Shown here: one piece after another, positions 1-10,391 of the stretch
Layout of the letters: each line of letters starts with the position of its first letter
Numbering within the stretch: the stretch's first letter is position 1
NCBI RefSeq assembly: GCF_000142905.1
Contig: NW_013657665.1
Coordinates: forward strand, 283,689 to 347,688
Length of the DNA stretch: 64,000 nucleotides
From: Thecamonas trahens ATCC 50062
Lineage: Eukaryota; Protista; Apusomonadida
Direction: 5' to 3'
Program-made: the position numbers and the translations under genes
Notes under the pieces: model-generated
The model's database searches: none
What the model saw: only the letters and a program-made list of their open reading frames with translations
What the model was told of the DNA's origin: nothing

Positions 1-7
1 CGGGGCT

Positions 8-985
8 GTGCGGTCGCGGGCAACCGAACGGCGCGGCTCGCTCTTTGCGCTCACACCAGTGGTCAGCAACATTCACCATGATCCGCAGATGGGACGATCG
101 ATCTCTCTCCGGCCAAAGTGGAGCGACGGCGAGAGCAGCGAGTCGACGCCCATGCAGTCAGTCAAGGCGCGAAAGGGGGCACTGACCCGGTTGGCAGCTT
201 CGGCGGTCTCGCGGCGGGCGACGCCGCAGTCGTCGTCGCTGGTTGTCAACCAGCGGACGGTGATGAGTCGGCGCGGGCCAAGCGCAAGCACCAGCAGCCC
301 AGGCGGGCGGCAGGTGAAGAAAGGCGGCGCAAGCGCAAGCGGGTCGCGGGCAGGTGGGCAAGCTGGCACGCCGCCGCGGTCGGGGCCGCGGCTGCGGCGC
401 GGATCGCGGTCGACCAAAGTCGTGCCGGCTAGCTCGTCGCTGAGCAAGAGCCCCGGGTCTCCGTCCATGCGCGGCAGCGGCAAGCAGCTGCTAGCGTTCA
501 AGCAGCGGCGTCACTCTGTGATTTCACTGGACTCGCCGCGGACCCGCATGTCACGGGCCGAAGCTGCGAGGGAGGCGGGTGCGAGTAAGCCCGCACACGA
601 CGCGACCGACTACGAGTATTCTCGGCTCTCAGTTGACTCGCTCATCACGTTCCCGGACGACGGCATGTACGACACAATCAACGTGCGGGTGCTTGTGCCG
701 GACGCCGAGGTCGGGGCCGACGGAGCGCTGCTGCTCTCGTCGCCGGGGGTAGTGGCGCGGCTGACTGCTCTTCGCGATGCAGAGAACGAGCGGATCGGAA
801 TCGAGGAGGCGTTTGCGACGACGCGGCGGATGGCGCGGCGGCGGCGGGCGGCCAAGGCCAAGCGCGAGGCGCAGTTCCGGACCATCATTGCAGCGCAGCC
901 CGACTCGGTCACAGCGATGGCGCTGGACAACATGCTGCTGCGGGAAAAGCCGCCGCCGTCGATCGAGGCGAGCGAGCGCGAGTAG
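8..985 (+). CDS. Hypothetical Ser/Arg-rich protein, probably 5'-partial (frame is open from the window edge)
   Basis: 325-codon ORF ending TAG at 983-985, converging on the NHE gene; low-complexity N-half, helical C-half; no family recognised. Confidence 0.55.
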   Translation: MRSRATERRGSLFALTPVVSNIHHDPQMGRSISLRPKWSDGESSESTPMQSVKARKGALTRLAASAVSRRATPQSSSLVVNQRTVMSRRGPSASTSSPGGRQVKKGGASASGSRAGGQAGTPPRSGPRLRRGSRSTKVVPASSSLSKSPGSPSMRGSGKQLLAFKQRRHSVISLDSPRTRMSRAEAAREAGASKPAHDATDYEYSRLSVDSLITFPDDGMYDTINVRVLVPDAEVGADGALLLSSPGVVARLTALRDAENERIGIEEAFATTRRMARRRRAAKAKREAQFRTIIAAQPDSVTAMALDNMLLREKPPPSIEASERE

Positions 986-990
986 GATAC

Positions 991-2902
991 TCACAGGGCG
1001 TCGGACGATGGGCCGCGGCCGACACCGCCGGCAGTCGACGAGTGGCGGGCCGAGGGGAGGAGAGCGGCGATGTCCGAGTCGACAGGCTCGAGGTCGTCAT
1101 CGGCTTCATCGTCGGTAAGCGAGTAGGCAGAGAAAGCGGCGAGGTGGCCGTCTGCGGCGTCTGTGGGCGCGAGCGTGTCCTTGAGGTTCGAGTACCAGGT
1201 CTGGGTCATTTCCTCAAGCTCGATCTGGGCCTGGCGGGCGGCTCGGCGCGAGTAAATGTCGCGGAAGAATGGCTTGAGGTATTTGTCGTCGATACGCTCA
1301 AACCACGAGCGTGAGAGGTCAAGGCTGCCGGGTTCGGCGTGGATAGTTCGCGAGCGGTGCGGCGACGAGGCCGAGTTGGCTGACGCGTCCTCCTCGGCGT
1401 CGTTGATGGAGACGGTCGGGTCGAGCTCCTCAGTCTTGGACATAGAGACATAGCCGCCGGTGGTCTGCATGCGCATGAGCTTGAGAAGCGGCAGGGTGCC
1501 ACCGCCGAGGACAAGAATGGTGAAAAGAACAATGACGAGGGTGGTGGTGACGAGGATGGTGCGTGAGGCGAGCGGGAGCTTGAGAGCCAGCGCAAAGGCG
1601 ATGGCGCCGCGGAGGCCGGAAAACCACATAATGACCTGATGTTTGGGCGTGATCTGGATGGCGCGGCGGGCGTTGACTAACGAGGAGAGCGGGAAGATGT
1701 TGGCGGCGCGGCCGACGAGGATGAGGACAATGGACCAGAAGATGAGGCCAAAGTGGAGGTAGTGGTCAAAGGAGAAGACGGCGATGCCGAGGTAGCCAAA
1801 GATGCACGTCTCCGCCAGCCAGGCGACAGCGCGGAAGACCTTCTGTGTGGTGATCTGTGTGGTAGGCGAGAGGTTAAAGTAGGTGTAGTGCGCCATGACA
1901 ATGCCGGCAAAGAGAATGGCCATGATGCCTGAGAGACGGAGACCCTCGGCCATGAGGTACGGGAGCCAGCAAAAGACAAAGACAAGCGAGAGCTCGAGCG
2001 ACTGGTAGCGGCGAATGTCCGTGTACTTGAAGAGGACGGCCGAGACGAGGGCGACGCCGACGCCGATGGTGACCGAGCCGAGCGAGACAAAGAGAAAGCG
2101 GGCCATGGCGCCCATGGCCGTCCAGAGCGTAAACGCGGCGTCGGGCTGGACCATGTCGAGGATCGAGTGGTAGAGCACAATGGCGACGGCGTCGTTGAGG
2201 ACAGACTCGCCAAAGACGAGCATGGAGAGCGTCGGATCGACGTCGAGCGCCTGGAAGACGGCGAGGGTGGCGACCGGGTCGACCGCCGAGATGAGCGCGC
2301 CGTAGACGAGCGCATCCGAGAGCGGGAGGTAGTAGACCCAGCCGATGTAGCCAAGCATAAAGAGAAAGAGTCCAAAGAGGAGAGTGGAGATGAGGGTGCC
2401 GGCAATGGCAAAGGTGAGGATGGAGCCGATGTTGCGGAAGAAGTTGCCCTTGTGCAGCGAGTAGCCCGACTCGAAGATGATGGGCGGAAGGAGGAAGAGG
2501 AAGAACGTGTCGGGCTCAAAGTTGACAATGTCATTGGATGACGATGAGAGGCGGATGATGATGCCGATGATGGCGCCAAAGATAATGACCGCGATCGACT
2601 CGGGCAGGTAATGCAGGTGCCGCGAGACGAGGCCGTACGTCGTCCAGATGGCCACAAACAGGAAGCCCAGGATGATCAGCAGCCCCCACGACTCGCGCTC
2701 TTCGCACTCTTCGTCATCCGGGGCACATGCGGCATCTACACCCGTGCGAGAGGAAAGGGGAGGAGATGCGTGAGTGAGTGCGGCGAGGGGAAGAGAGAGA
2801 ACGATGGCTAGTGCCCACCCCTGGCTCTGCTGGCGTACTCGTGACGTGTGCGAGAATCGCTCCTGCTGCAGCTAGCATGCACAGCCATCGTAGCGCAGAC
2901 AT
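991..2902 (-). CDS. Na+/H+ exchanger, CPA1 family, NHE8-like; 2 exons (2902-2839, 2735-991)
   Basis: Motifs FFLFLLPPIIFESGY, ISAVDPVA, VFGESVLNDAVAIV, WFSGLRGAIAFAL. A phase-1 intron 2838-2736 (GTACGC...CACTCAC...TAG) joins a signal-peptide exon (MSALRWLCMLAAAGAILAHV) in frame to ORF 991..2655. Confidence 0.93.
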
Positions 2903-3297
2903 GGATGAGTATGTGGTGGAGAACGAGAAGCGTAGCTGAAGGGTAGAGGGGTGGTAGTGCTGGTGAGGGGAAGTGGCGAGGGGGGGACGGGGAAGGGGGG
3001 GGGGGGGTGAGGGGGGTGTGATCGTGATCGCGATCATGATCGCCATCGCGATGACAAAGTCGTCGACTTTGGCGCTTTGGGTCGAACCGGGAGGGTGTGG
3101 GTGTTTGGCGCACTTTTGGCCAATTTGGCGCCATGGAACAGTCACGAACATCGGTGACGGGGCCAACAGTCACCCACAGCGCCCCACGCGAGCACTTGCC
3201 ACCCCCTTCTGTGTCACACAGACTGTGTGGCGGACTACCCACACCTGTCTAATCCAGATCAGTGTCTTCCTTCACTCAAGCACACCTCTTCTTTACT

Positions 3298-4200
3298 ATG
3301 TCGTACCCGACCAACCCGTTCGCTCCCGGTATGCCCCCGGCCTACCCCAGCCATGGCCCCTACGCCGCAGCCGGAAACCCGTTCCTTGGCTACGGATACC
3401 CGATGCCTGGCCCGCCCATGGCTCCGATTCACGCTGGCCCGATGCCTTACTCGCACAGCCACGGTCCCTTCCCGTCCTGCCCACCGTCGACCTTTGTTGC
3501 GCCACCGCCGCCGTACGCCTACGGCCCGCCTCCGTCGTTTGCCCGTGGTCCACCGCCGCCAGCTGTGGTGGCTTCTGGCCCGTTCCTCGGCGGAGGCTTT
3601 GGTCGTGGCGTCGCGGGCGGCTATCCCGGCGGCTATGGCGGGTTTGTTGGCCCGACCTTTGTCCTGCCCTCGCTCGTCGCATCGACCTGCCCGGCCTGTG
3701 GCGGCGGTGACTGCACCTGCTCGCCGACCTCGGCCATCTGCTCAAAGTGCCGCTACAACGTCGCCACCTGTGCCTGCGCCACCCCGACCCGCGCCGCCTG
3801 CTGCAAGAACGGGTGCGCCTGCGGCGATTCCTGCACTTGCGGCGCCAACTGCTCGTGCTGCGCCAAGGAGATCAAGGCGGCGTGCTGCAAGAACGGGTGC
3901 GCCTGCGGCGATTCTTGCACTTGCGGCGCCAACTGCTCATGCTGCCCCAAGGAGATCAATGCGGCGTGCTGCAAGAACGGGTGCGCCTGCGGCGATTCCT
4001 GCACTTGCGGCGCCAACTGCTCGTGCTGCCCCAAGGAGATCAAGGCGGCGTGCTGCAAGAACGGGTGCGCCTGCGGTGACTCGTGCACTTGCGGCGCCAA
4101 CTGCTCGTGCTGCGCCAAGAAGACCAAGACTGCTGGATGCGGCTCGGCGACGTGCACGTGCGGCGATTCGTGCACGTGCGGCGCCAACTGTGCGTGCTAA
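3298..4200 (+). CDS. Metallothionein-like Cys-rich repeat protein with a Pro/Gly/Tyr-rich N-terminal extension
   Basis: About 51 Cys in the C-terminal ~170 aa, in CC/CxC motifs; four 9-Cys units AACCKNGCACGDSCTCGANCSCC; ATG at 3298. Confidence 0.8.
   Translation: MSYPTNPFAPGMPPAYPSHGPYAAAGNPFLGYGYPMPGPPMAPIHAGPMPYSHSHGPFPSCPPSTFVAPPPPYAYGPPPSFARGPPPPAVVASGPFLGGGFGRGVAGGYPGGYGGFVGPTFVLPSLVASTCPACGGGDCTCSPTSAICSKCRYNVATCACATPTRAACCKNGCACGDSCTCGANCSCCAKEIKAACCKNGCACGDSCTCGANCSCCPKEINAACCKNGCACGDSCTCGANCSCCPKEIKAACCKNGCACGDSCTCGANCSCCAKKTKTAGCGSATCTCGDSCTCGANCAC
3793..4128 (+). repeat. 84-bp (28-aa) coding tandem repeat x4
   Basis: Near-identical units start at 3793, 3877, 3961 and 4045 (tgctgcaagaacgggtgcgcctgcgg...). 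Confidence 0.95.
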
Positions 4201-4323
4201 GGATGTTCGGAAGCTGCACAGCCCGGCCTGTGTCATCGCGCCTGGGTGACTGTCGCCGAGTGAGTCTCCACCGCCACCGCTACCGCCCCCTCCCTCACCC
4301 GTCCCTACACACCCATCTTGTAA

Positions 4324-6528
4324 ATGGCACGCAGGTCTCGACGACATCGGCGAGCAAAGCCACAGTCAAAGCGACAGGCACGACGTGCCGAAGCAGCCAA
4401 GGCCGCTGCTCAGGCCCGGTCTGGGGCGCTTGCCGACGCTGCCCGCGACGACGACGTCTTTGCCCTGCTCCAAGCGTCACTGGCGAGCCACGGCGGCATG
4501 CCACACAGCAAGCCGAGCGGACCAGCCAAGACAAAGCCAGGCAAGCCCCGGCATGCCCGACGCACAAGCATCACATCTGACGGCTCCTTTGATGATCCTT
4601 GTATGGATGCCCTCTTCAACGCTGCCTTTGCGCACGACGCCTCGGCCCGCCGCTCCGCCAAGGAGCCCAATAGAAGCTCTCGCAGATGGCCGCCGCGGCC
4701 GCGTGGCGTGGACTTGGAACAGCGCCAGGGGCGCGGGCGTGGCCGTGGCAAGCACAACAAGGCACGTAAGACAGGTCGCAGAAGCTCGCGAGCGGCTTCG
4801 CGCGGACCTTCCCGCAATGGCAATGGCTGTGGCAGCGGCAAGCGGTCGTCCAAGCCACGCAGAGGCAAGCCGGCTCCATCTCCGTCCGTCATCCGCTTTG
4901 CGGGCTACGATGCTCTCAACGCGGGATCGTACTCCTCGCCGCAAGTCTATTGCCGTAAGAGTGGCGAGGATCGTGCACCGAGGGGACCCGGGCGAGGAAG
5001 AGGGAAGGGAAGAGGGAGGGGGAGAGGGCGCGGCGCTGGCCGTGGGCACGGCGGGTATCGGCATGCGGACGCTGACAATGGCCGCATGCTCGCCGCCATG
5101 GCCGAGTCGGGGCTGGGATCGGAGGAGGAATCAGGATCAGAGTCGGGGTCCTCGCCGACCTTGTCGACGACCACCTGTTCTTGCCTCAACACCAACTCGT
5201 GCTCGATGTCCTCGGCCACATTTAACGACGTCGTGGCCAACACAGGGTCGTTTCTCCCGTCGCCAACGGCATCGCTGTCGTCGGGCGAGGCTACGGGCGA
5301 GGCTACGGGGGAGGCTGCGGGCGAGGCGTCGGGCGAGGCGTCGGACGAGGCGTCGGACGAGGCGTCGCCGGCGGCAATGTCGGCTAGCGATCACGTTTGC
5401 GGGACCGAGAGCGGGGCCGGGAGTGGGAGCGAGCCGGTTGGCGACGAGCGCCAGACCAAGCTCGAAGCGACGAGGCTTCAGCTGGAGAAGCTGTCGATGA
5501 TGGAACTCGAACGTGAGGGCCCGCGGTTACGTCGCGGACTTGGCTTTGCCGAGACTTCTGCAGGCGCCGCCCGAGCCGGAGCAGGCGGTGTCTCGGGCGC
5601 GGCCGCCCGGAGGCACCGCTGGCGGTTCGGCGAGTTCCTCGCGCCGCAAGACTACCTCGGGCTGGAGTGGATCCTGGCTGGCGAGGGCCCGGTTGTCGAG
5701 CCCGCGGCTGCACAAACACCAGCACCGGCACCGGCACCGGCACAAACGCCAGACGTTGTGCGAGAAGTCACAGTTGCATGTGACGAGCCGTCGCGCAGCC
5801 GCCGTCCCATTATCAAGGGCCGGCGCTCGCGCCAGTCGTTCCAGGACTTGTTCAAGGCACTCGACGCCTTTGCGCGATCCAGCGAGGAGCAGACCGTCCT
5901 CGGCGCCATGTCGCACCAGGAGCGTCGGTGCGTCAACCACATCGCCAAAGCCTGCCAAGTCCGTGTCACCACAAAGGGCTCCGGCAAGCGCAGCTTGCTC
6001 TGGCTCTCGCGAACGGTGCGGACAACGCCGGTGACCCCGGCCAAGCGGCGTGCGCTCTTCGATACCTACGCAAGCGGCGACGACAACAACGACGGCAGCG
6101 GCGGCAGCCAGAGCAGAGAGTCGACGCCGCGTGGCCGCAAGCTGAGCCGCGGTCGTCGCAATCCTCGGCTTGCCTCGCGTGTCATGGTCACCACCCCCAT
6201 TCCCCCGTCCAACATCGGCCACCGCATGCTGCGTAGCCTGGGCTGGGACGGCGGCCAGCTAGGCTCGTCACAGGTCGCCAATGGCCTTCTTGAGCCGGTT
6301 CCGGTTTTTCTCAAGAACGATCGCCAGGGCCTCGGCTTTGCGTCGCCCGAGCCGTCACCAGCAAGTGCTGCATCTCCGGCGTCGGCACCAGCGCCAGGGT
6401 CGCAGCGTGGGCGCGGTCGTGATCGCGTTCGCGGTCGCGGGCGTGGCCGCAGAAGCCCCCGTACTAGCTACAACCAGTCGAGCAAGCGGAAGCATCGCGG
6501 CGGCCGCGGCCGTAAGCGTCGTCCTTAG
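4324..6528 (+). CDS. R3H + G-patch domain RNA-processing protein (Sqs1/GPATCH2-like)
   Basis: R3H-like MSHQERRCVNHIAKACQVRVTTKGSGKR; G-patch SNIGHRMLRSLGWDGGQLG...LLEPV...KNDRQGLG; RG-rich tails. Confidence 0.8.
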   Translation: MARRSRRHRRAKPQSKRQARRAEAAKAAAQARSGALADAARDDDVFALLQASLASHGGMPHSKPSGPAKTKPGKPRHARRTSITSDGSFDDPCMDALFNAAFAHDASARRSAKEPNRSSRRWPPRPRGVDLEQRQGRGRGRGKHNKARKTGRRSSRAASRGPSRNGNGCGSGKRSSKPRRGKPAPSPSVIRFAGYDALNAGSYSSPQVYCRKSGEDRAPRGPGRGRGKGRGRGRGRGAGRGHGGYRHADADNGRMLAAMAESGLGSEEESGSESGSSPTLSTTTCSCLNTNSCSMSSATFNDVVANTGSFLPSPTASLSSGEATGEATGEAAGEASGEASDEASDEASPAAMSASDHVCGTESGAGSGSEPVGDERQTKLEATRLQLEKLSMMELEREGPRLRRGLGFAETSAGAARAGAGGVSGAAARRHRWRFGEFLAPQDYLGLEWILAGEGPVVEPAAAQTPAPAPAPAQTPDVVREVTVACDEPSRSRRPIIKGRRSRQSFQDLFKALDAFARSSEEQTVLGAMSHQERRCVNHIAKACQVRVTTKGSGKRSLLWLSRTVRTTPVTPAKRRALFDTYASGDDNNDGSGGSQSRESTPRGRKLSRGRRNPRLASRVMVTTPIPPSNIGHRMLRSLGWDGGQLGSSQVANGLLEPVPVFLKNDRQGLGFASPEPSPASAASPASAPAPGSQRGRGRDRVRGRGRGRRSPRTSYNQSSKRKHRGGRGRKRRP

Positions 6529-7055
6529 CTTAAACTGGGGTCATCTATGTCGACTACAGCAGCATACGCCGTCGACGAGCGGTCTACAGCTGCACCGTCT
6601 GCGATGGCAAACTCACCATCGACGACTTCGACCTGGAATTCGTCTTCTGCAGCAGCGTCGACCGGACCAGGCGGATACATACAGTTGTGATGGCGCGCTG
6701 CAGTCGTTGCTGCCCGAAGCGGGGCGGACGAGCCATTGCCGGCAGTGCTAGATCGGGATACTTGTGGCGATCGCGGCAGGGCCGCACGAAAGGTAGCCAG
6801 ATCGATGCGCGGGAGCAGCCTTGGCGGCGGGCGCGAGTACGGTGGTGGGAGATAGCCACGAGCGATGTGAGCAAGTAGCAGCTTCCCATGGCGCTCAGCC
6901 CATCGCCTGATCATGGCTTTGGGTGCCGCGAGGCCATCAACCACCCGCGCGGCCCACCCTCGCACCCGGACTTCGTCCGTCCTGTGCATACGGGCAACAA
7001 ACGGCGACTCGAGCGCATCGGCGAGGTGCTCCACCAGCGAGGGACGTGCGGACAT
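6525..7055 (-). CDS. Small protein resembling the DUF4485 domain (CEP112 N-terminal-like)
   Basis: PFVARMHRTDEVRVRGWAARV...HGKLLLAHIARGYLPPPYSRPPP matches the remembered CEP112 N-domain pattern (PFV.K..HRTE..R..W..KL...YAKLLL..L.RG.L.GPF..RP). Confidence 0.6.
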   Translation of the reverse strand: MSARPSLVEHLADALESPFVARMHRTDEVRVRGWAARVVDGLAAPKAMIRRWAERHGKLLLAHIARGYLPPPYSRPPPRLLPRIDLATFRAALPRSPQVSRSSTAGNGSSAPLRAATTAARHHNCMYPPGPVDAAAEDEFQVEVVDGEFAIADGAAVDRSSTAYAAVVDIDDPSLS

Positions 7056-7143
7056 GTTGGTCCCAACTTGTGTGTGTGTGGGGGTGAGTGGTGCGGTTGC
7101 GGTTGGGTAGGGGTTGGGCAGTTTCAGGCTTCGGCTTGGAGAC

Positions 7144-7182
7144 GACCTCCCGTGGGCGGGTAGAAGACCTCCCGTGGGCGGG
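7144..7182. repeat. Perfect 17-bp direct repeat gacctcccgtgggcggg x2 in an intergenic spacer
   Basis: Copies at 7144-7160 and 7166-7182. Confidence 0.9.
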
Positions 7183-7200
7183 ACTACAATTCATTTCAGG

Positions 7201-8802
7201 CTAGAGAGAGCCCTCGATGGCAGCGGATGGCTCCGGCTGCGAGACGAGGGTGGGAAAGTGATCCGAGTGGATGCCGCCGACGAGCGGAATGTCCGAGTCT
7301 TCGAACGAGATGCCAAAGTCGTCGGCGAGCTCGGCGAGGATGGGCTTGTAGATGTTGCGCTCGGTGGGGATGACGACACCCGGGCCAAAAGTCTCGCCGT
7401 TGAGAATGCGCTTGGTCATAATTGCGACTGGGAGCGAGACGGTGGTAGCCATGGCGGTCATGTCCGGGTCGGTAGCCGAGCCCTTGATCTTGAGGGCGGA
7501 GATCTTCTCGCGAGCCTCGCCGTTGGCGTCGACGTACGCGATCTTGTGCAGCATGCCGATCAGGTCGCGATCGCCGGGACGAAGGCGCCACTTGTGCTGC
7601 AGCAGGAGTTCGAGAATGCGGGCAGGCGAGCCCTTGGCATTGATGCGGCGGTCGGAGAAGAGGCCCAGCCAGCGGATCTTGTCCATCACTGCCGAGAACA
7701 TCGGCTGCTGCAGCTGGTACGCCAGGAGCAGCTCAACCGAGTCTGACTGGCGCCACGGGAGGAACGAAGCGAGGAACTCTGCATAGGTCATGCGGTCGGC
7801 ATCCTCCATGGCAAACGAGTCGTCAGTTAGGCCAAGCTGGACAAAGACATCCCAGGCCTCACAAAAGCCCGGCCAGCGGAGCGTGCCGCGGAGCACGGTC
7901 GACGCCGAGGCCAGGTCGTATGCGTCGATGTACTGCAGCGAGTCGCGGTTGGCGTACGCCTCAAAGGTAGTGCCGTCGGGGAAAACCACGTTCTTGGCCC
8001 GCGAGAAGAGCTTGTTGTACGGAATAAACTTGACCACGCCTGCCTGCAGGTACGTCGAGACGCCGCGCCCGGCCAGAACCACGTTTCGTGGATTCCACGA
8101 GAGCTTGTACTTCCAAGGGTTGTCCGTGGTCGACTCGGGCGCCACCAGGCCGCCAGTGTACGACCGGAACTCGCGGACGTCGCCGCCTGCGTCGCGGATG
8201 CCGTCGATGAGCGCCTTGGCGGACATGTGGTCGATGCCTGGGTCGACGCCGCACTCCATGACAATCGGCACACCTGCCGCCTTTGCCGCCGCGTCATGCT
8301 GGCGCACATCGGGCGTGGCATACGACGCCGTCACCACCGGCTTGCCCAACCCGATGGCCATCTCGATCACCGGTGCGTGCATTGACGCAGGCAGCATCGA
8401 GACCACCACGTCTGCAGTGTCCAGAATCGCAGTCAAGCCGTCCTTGTTGGCCACGTCGAGTTCCACCGCCGCAGCCGCAGGGTGATCGCCGGCCTTGCTC
8501 GCCGCCAGCTTGACGTTGGCGTCGGCGACCAGGACGGACCACCGCTCGTCCTCGGCCCGCTCCAACAGGTAGCGGATGAGTGGGCCGGACGACCGCCCTG
8601 CGCCGAGGACTGCCACCCGCTTCCGCGCCGGATCCGGATGCAGCGCCATCGCATGCTTTAGCGACGCCATCTTTCTCTCCGACTCGACCAGCTTGGCCCT
8701 CAGCTCTGAGACGGTCGACCTGGCCGCCACAGCGGCAGCCAGACCACGGACGGGCGCGGCGTAGCCCCGAGTCAGCTGGAGCACATTACGGAGATGCAGC
8801 AT
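7201..8802 (-). CDS. Saccharopine dehydrogenase (glutamate-forming type) with a predicted mitochondrial presequence
   Basis: Rossmann VLGAGRSS, VVSMLP, VTASY, ECGVDPGIDHMSA, YKLSWNPRNVVLAG, EAYANRDSL, RGTLR, AMATTVSLP; Arg-rich, acid-free N-terminus. Confidence 0.92.
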   Translation of the reverse strand: MLHLRNVLQLTRGYAAPVRGLAAAVAARSTVSELRAKLVESERKMASLKHAMALHPDPARKRVAVLGAGRSSGPLIRYLLERAEDERWSVLVADANVKLAASKAGDHPAAAAVELDVANKDGLTAILDTADVVVSMLPASMHAPVIEMAIGLGKPVVTASYATPDVRQHDAAAKAAGVPIVMECGVDPGIDHMSAKALIDGIRDAGGDVREFRSYTGGLVAPESTTDNPWKYKLSWNPRNVVLAGRGVSTYLQAGVVKFIPYNKLFSRAKNVVFPDGTTFEAYANRDSLQYIDAYDLASASTVLRGTLRWPGFCEAWDVFVQLGLTDDSFAMEDADRMTYAEFLASFLPWRQSDSVELLLAYQLQQPMFSAVMDKIRWLGLFSDRRINAKGSPARILELLLQHKWRLRPGDRDLIGMLHKIAYVDANGEAREKISALKIKGSATDPDMTAMATTVSLPVAIMTKRILNGETFGPGVVIPTERNIYKPILAELADDFGISFEDSDIPLVGGIHSDHFPTLVSQPEPSAAIEGSL

Positions 8803-9383
8803 AGAGAGAACAGAAACAGATACAGTGTGTGGAGTGGTATGGGCTATGCGCGTGTGCTAGAGTGGAGTGGAGTAATGGTTGTAGTGGTGGCCGGGGTCGT
8901 GCTGTGGTTGTGGTCGTCGTGGCTGGTCCGTAGCTGCGGGAGCAAGTGGGTGAGTGGAGGACGTGGCACCACGTGAGCCCAGAGCTCCCCCAGGCAAGAC
9001 GGCCACCAATCAAACACCACATGGCCAACATCAATTGCGATGACATCCATCGACATCAAGGCCATGATGCCGCCTATAGCCAAAGCCCACCAGGACTATG
9101 TGGCGTTCTGATCTTAAAAAATAAGCTACTGTACATCGGACCAGAGAAGCCACCGAGTGTGATCAGTGGGTGTTGGCTGGGCGGGCGGGAGGAGGTGGCG
9201 GGGTGAGTGGCGGGGGGGGGGGGGGGGGGAGGCCGTCTGTCTATGTCGGGTTGCTGACGGGATCATCACCGCCCTCCACGACGACCACCTTCCCGCCCGT
9301 CTTCCTCCCTCTCTCACGGCCACCTTCGCCCACCACCACCACCACCACCATTTCACTCACCTCACTCTCTTCCTCCATAACCT

Positions 9384-10328
9384 ATGCTCGCTGTGGCCAC
9401 GGGGAGACTGACGCGGCTATGCGCCCTGCCGCGCTGTCGACTCGCGCCAGCCGTCACCAAGCCTGCCATCAGCGCCACGCCTGCTGCCACCGCCGTTGCG
9501 TCTGCTGATGCGAGCATTGCGGCTGCGGAATCAAGACGTTGGGCATCGGCGCCGGCGGCCGATCACGATTCAGCAGTCGAGGTGCTGAAGACAGACATCA
9601 TCAACGCCGCGCTGGAGGCTGTGCCGAGACTTGGCTTTACTCGCGAGGCCGTCCGCGCTGGCGTGGCCTCGATGGGATACGCTCCGACGCTGGAGGCCAT
9701 TTTCCCCCGCGGTGGGGGTGACCTCTTTGATGCCTTTGCTCGGAGATGCAACGTCGTCCTTGCCCGCCATCTCCGCGCAGAGATCGACTCGGACGCTCCG
9801 CCCGAGCGCCGCCTCGCCGCCGCCATCCGCATCCGCCTCGAGCCACACGCCCGGTTCTCGTCCGATGTCATGGCGGCTGCGCTTGCTCAGCAGGTGGCTG
9901 TCCCGGAGAACGTGGCACCTGCAGCGCGCGAGCTCGCGCTCATGGCAGACGAGATCGCGCGTGGAGTCGCCTGGCCTCTCCACGTGCCTGGCGCGGACGG
10001 GCATGGGAAGCCCGGCAGCACCGATGCTCGCACCCACGCACGCAGCGTTGCAGAGTGGAGCCAGCGGAGGATGGCGGTTGCTGGCGTCTACGCTCTGTCA
10101 CAAACGTACATGCTCGCCGATCCGTCGGCGCACCACGCGGATACCTGGGCCTTTGTCGACCGCTGGTCCGCCAAGGCCGTGGCCTCAACCGAGACCTCAC
10201 AGGCCTGGCTCGACGTCCTCGGCCCGACTCTCGGCTCGTGGTGGCACTCGCTCCACGTGCCCATCGCCAACGCCCCGCCAGCCGCCGTCGAGACCAGCGC
10301 GCGTCCGGCAGCCAGCGTGGAGCTGTAA
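9384..10328 (+). CDS. COQ9: Ubiquinone biosynthesis protein COQ9, mitochondrial
   Basis: IINAALEAVPRLGFT, FPRG, IRIRL, ADEI, RRMAVAGVY...YMLADPS...DTWAFVDR; presequence-like N-terminus. Confidence 0.85.
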   Translation: MLAVATGRLTRLCALPRCRLAPAVTKPAISATPAATAVASADASIAAAESRRWASAPAADHDSAVEVLKTDIINAALEAVPRLGFTREAVRAGVASMGYAPTLEAIFPRGGGDLFDAFARRCNVVLARHLRAEIDSDAPPERRLAAAIRIRLEPHARFSSDVMAAALAQQVAVPENVAPAARELALMADEIARGVAWPLHVPGADGHGKPGSTDARTHARSVAEWSQRRMAVAGVYALSQTYMLADPSAHHADTWAFVDRWSAKAVASTETSQAWLDVLGPTLGSWWHSLHVPIANAPPAAVETSARPAASVEL

Positions 10329-10391
10329 ACACCTCACCCTTCAGCTGGCCGCTCCACTCACTGCACAGCTCTCAGTCCTCTCTTGCTGCCC

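Noticed and set aside
3019-3053. GATC-rich hexamer run upstream of the metallothionein-like gene as a metal-response element
   Set aside because: It is low-complexity, and I found no TGCRCNC consensus match.
9030-9125. Possible C/D-box snoRNA (GATGA/ATGATG...CTGA) in the SDH-COQ9 divergent spacer
   Set aside because: The C box is imperfect, there is no terminal stem, and I could not verify an rRNA-complementary guide.
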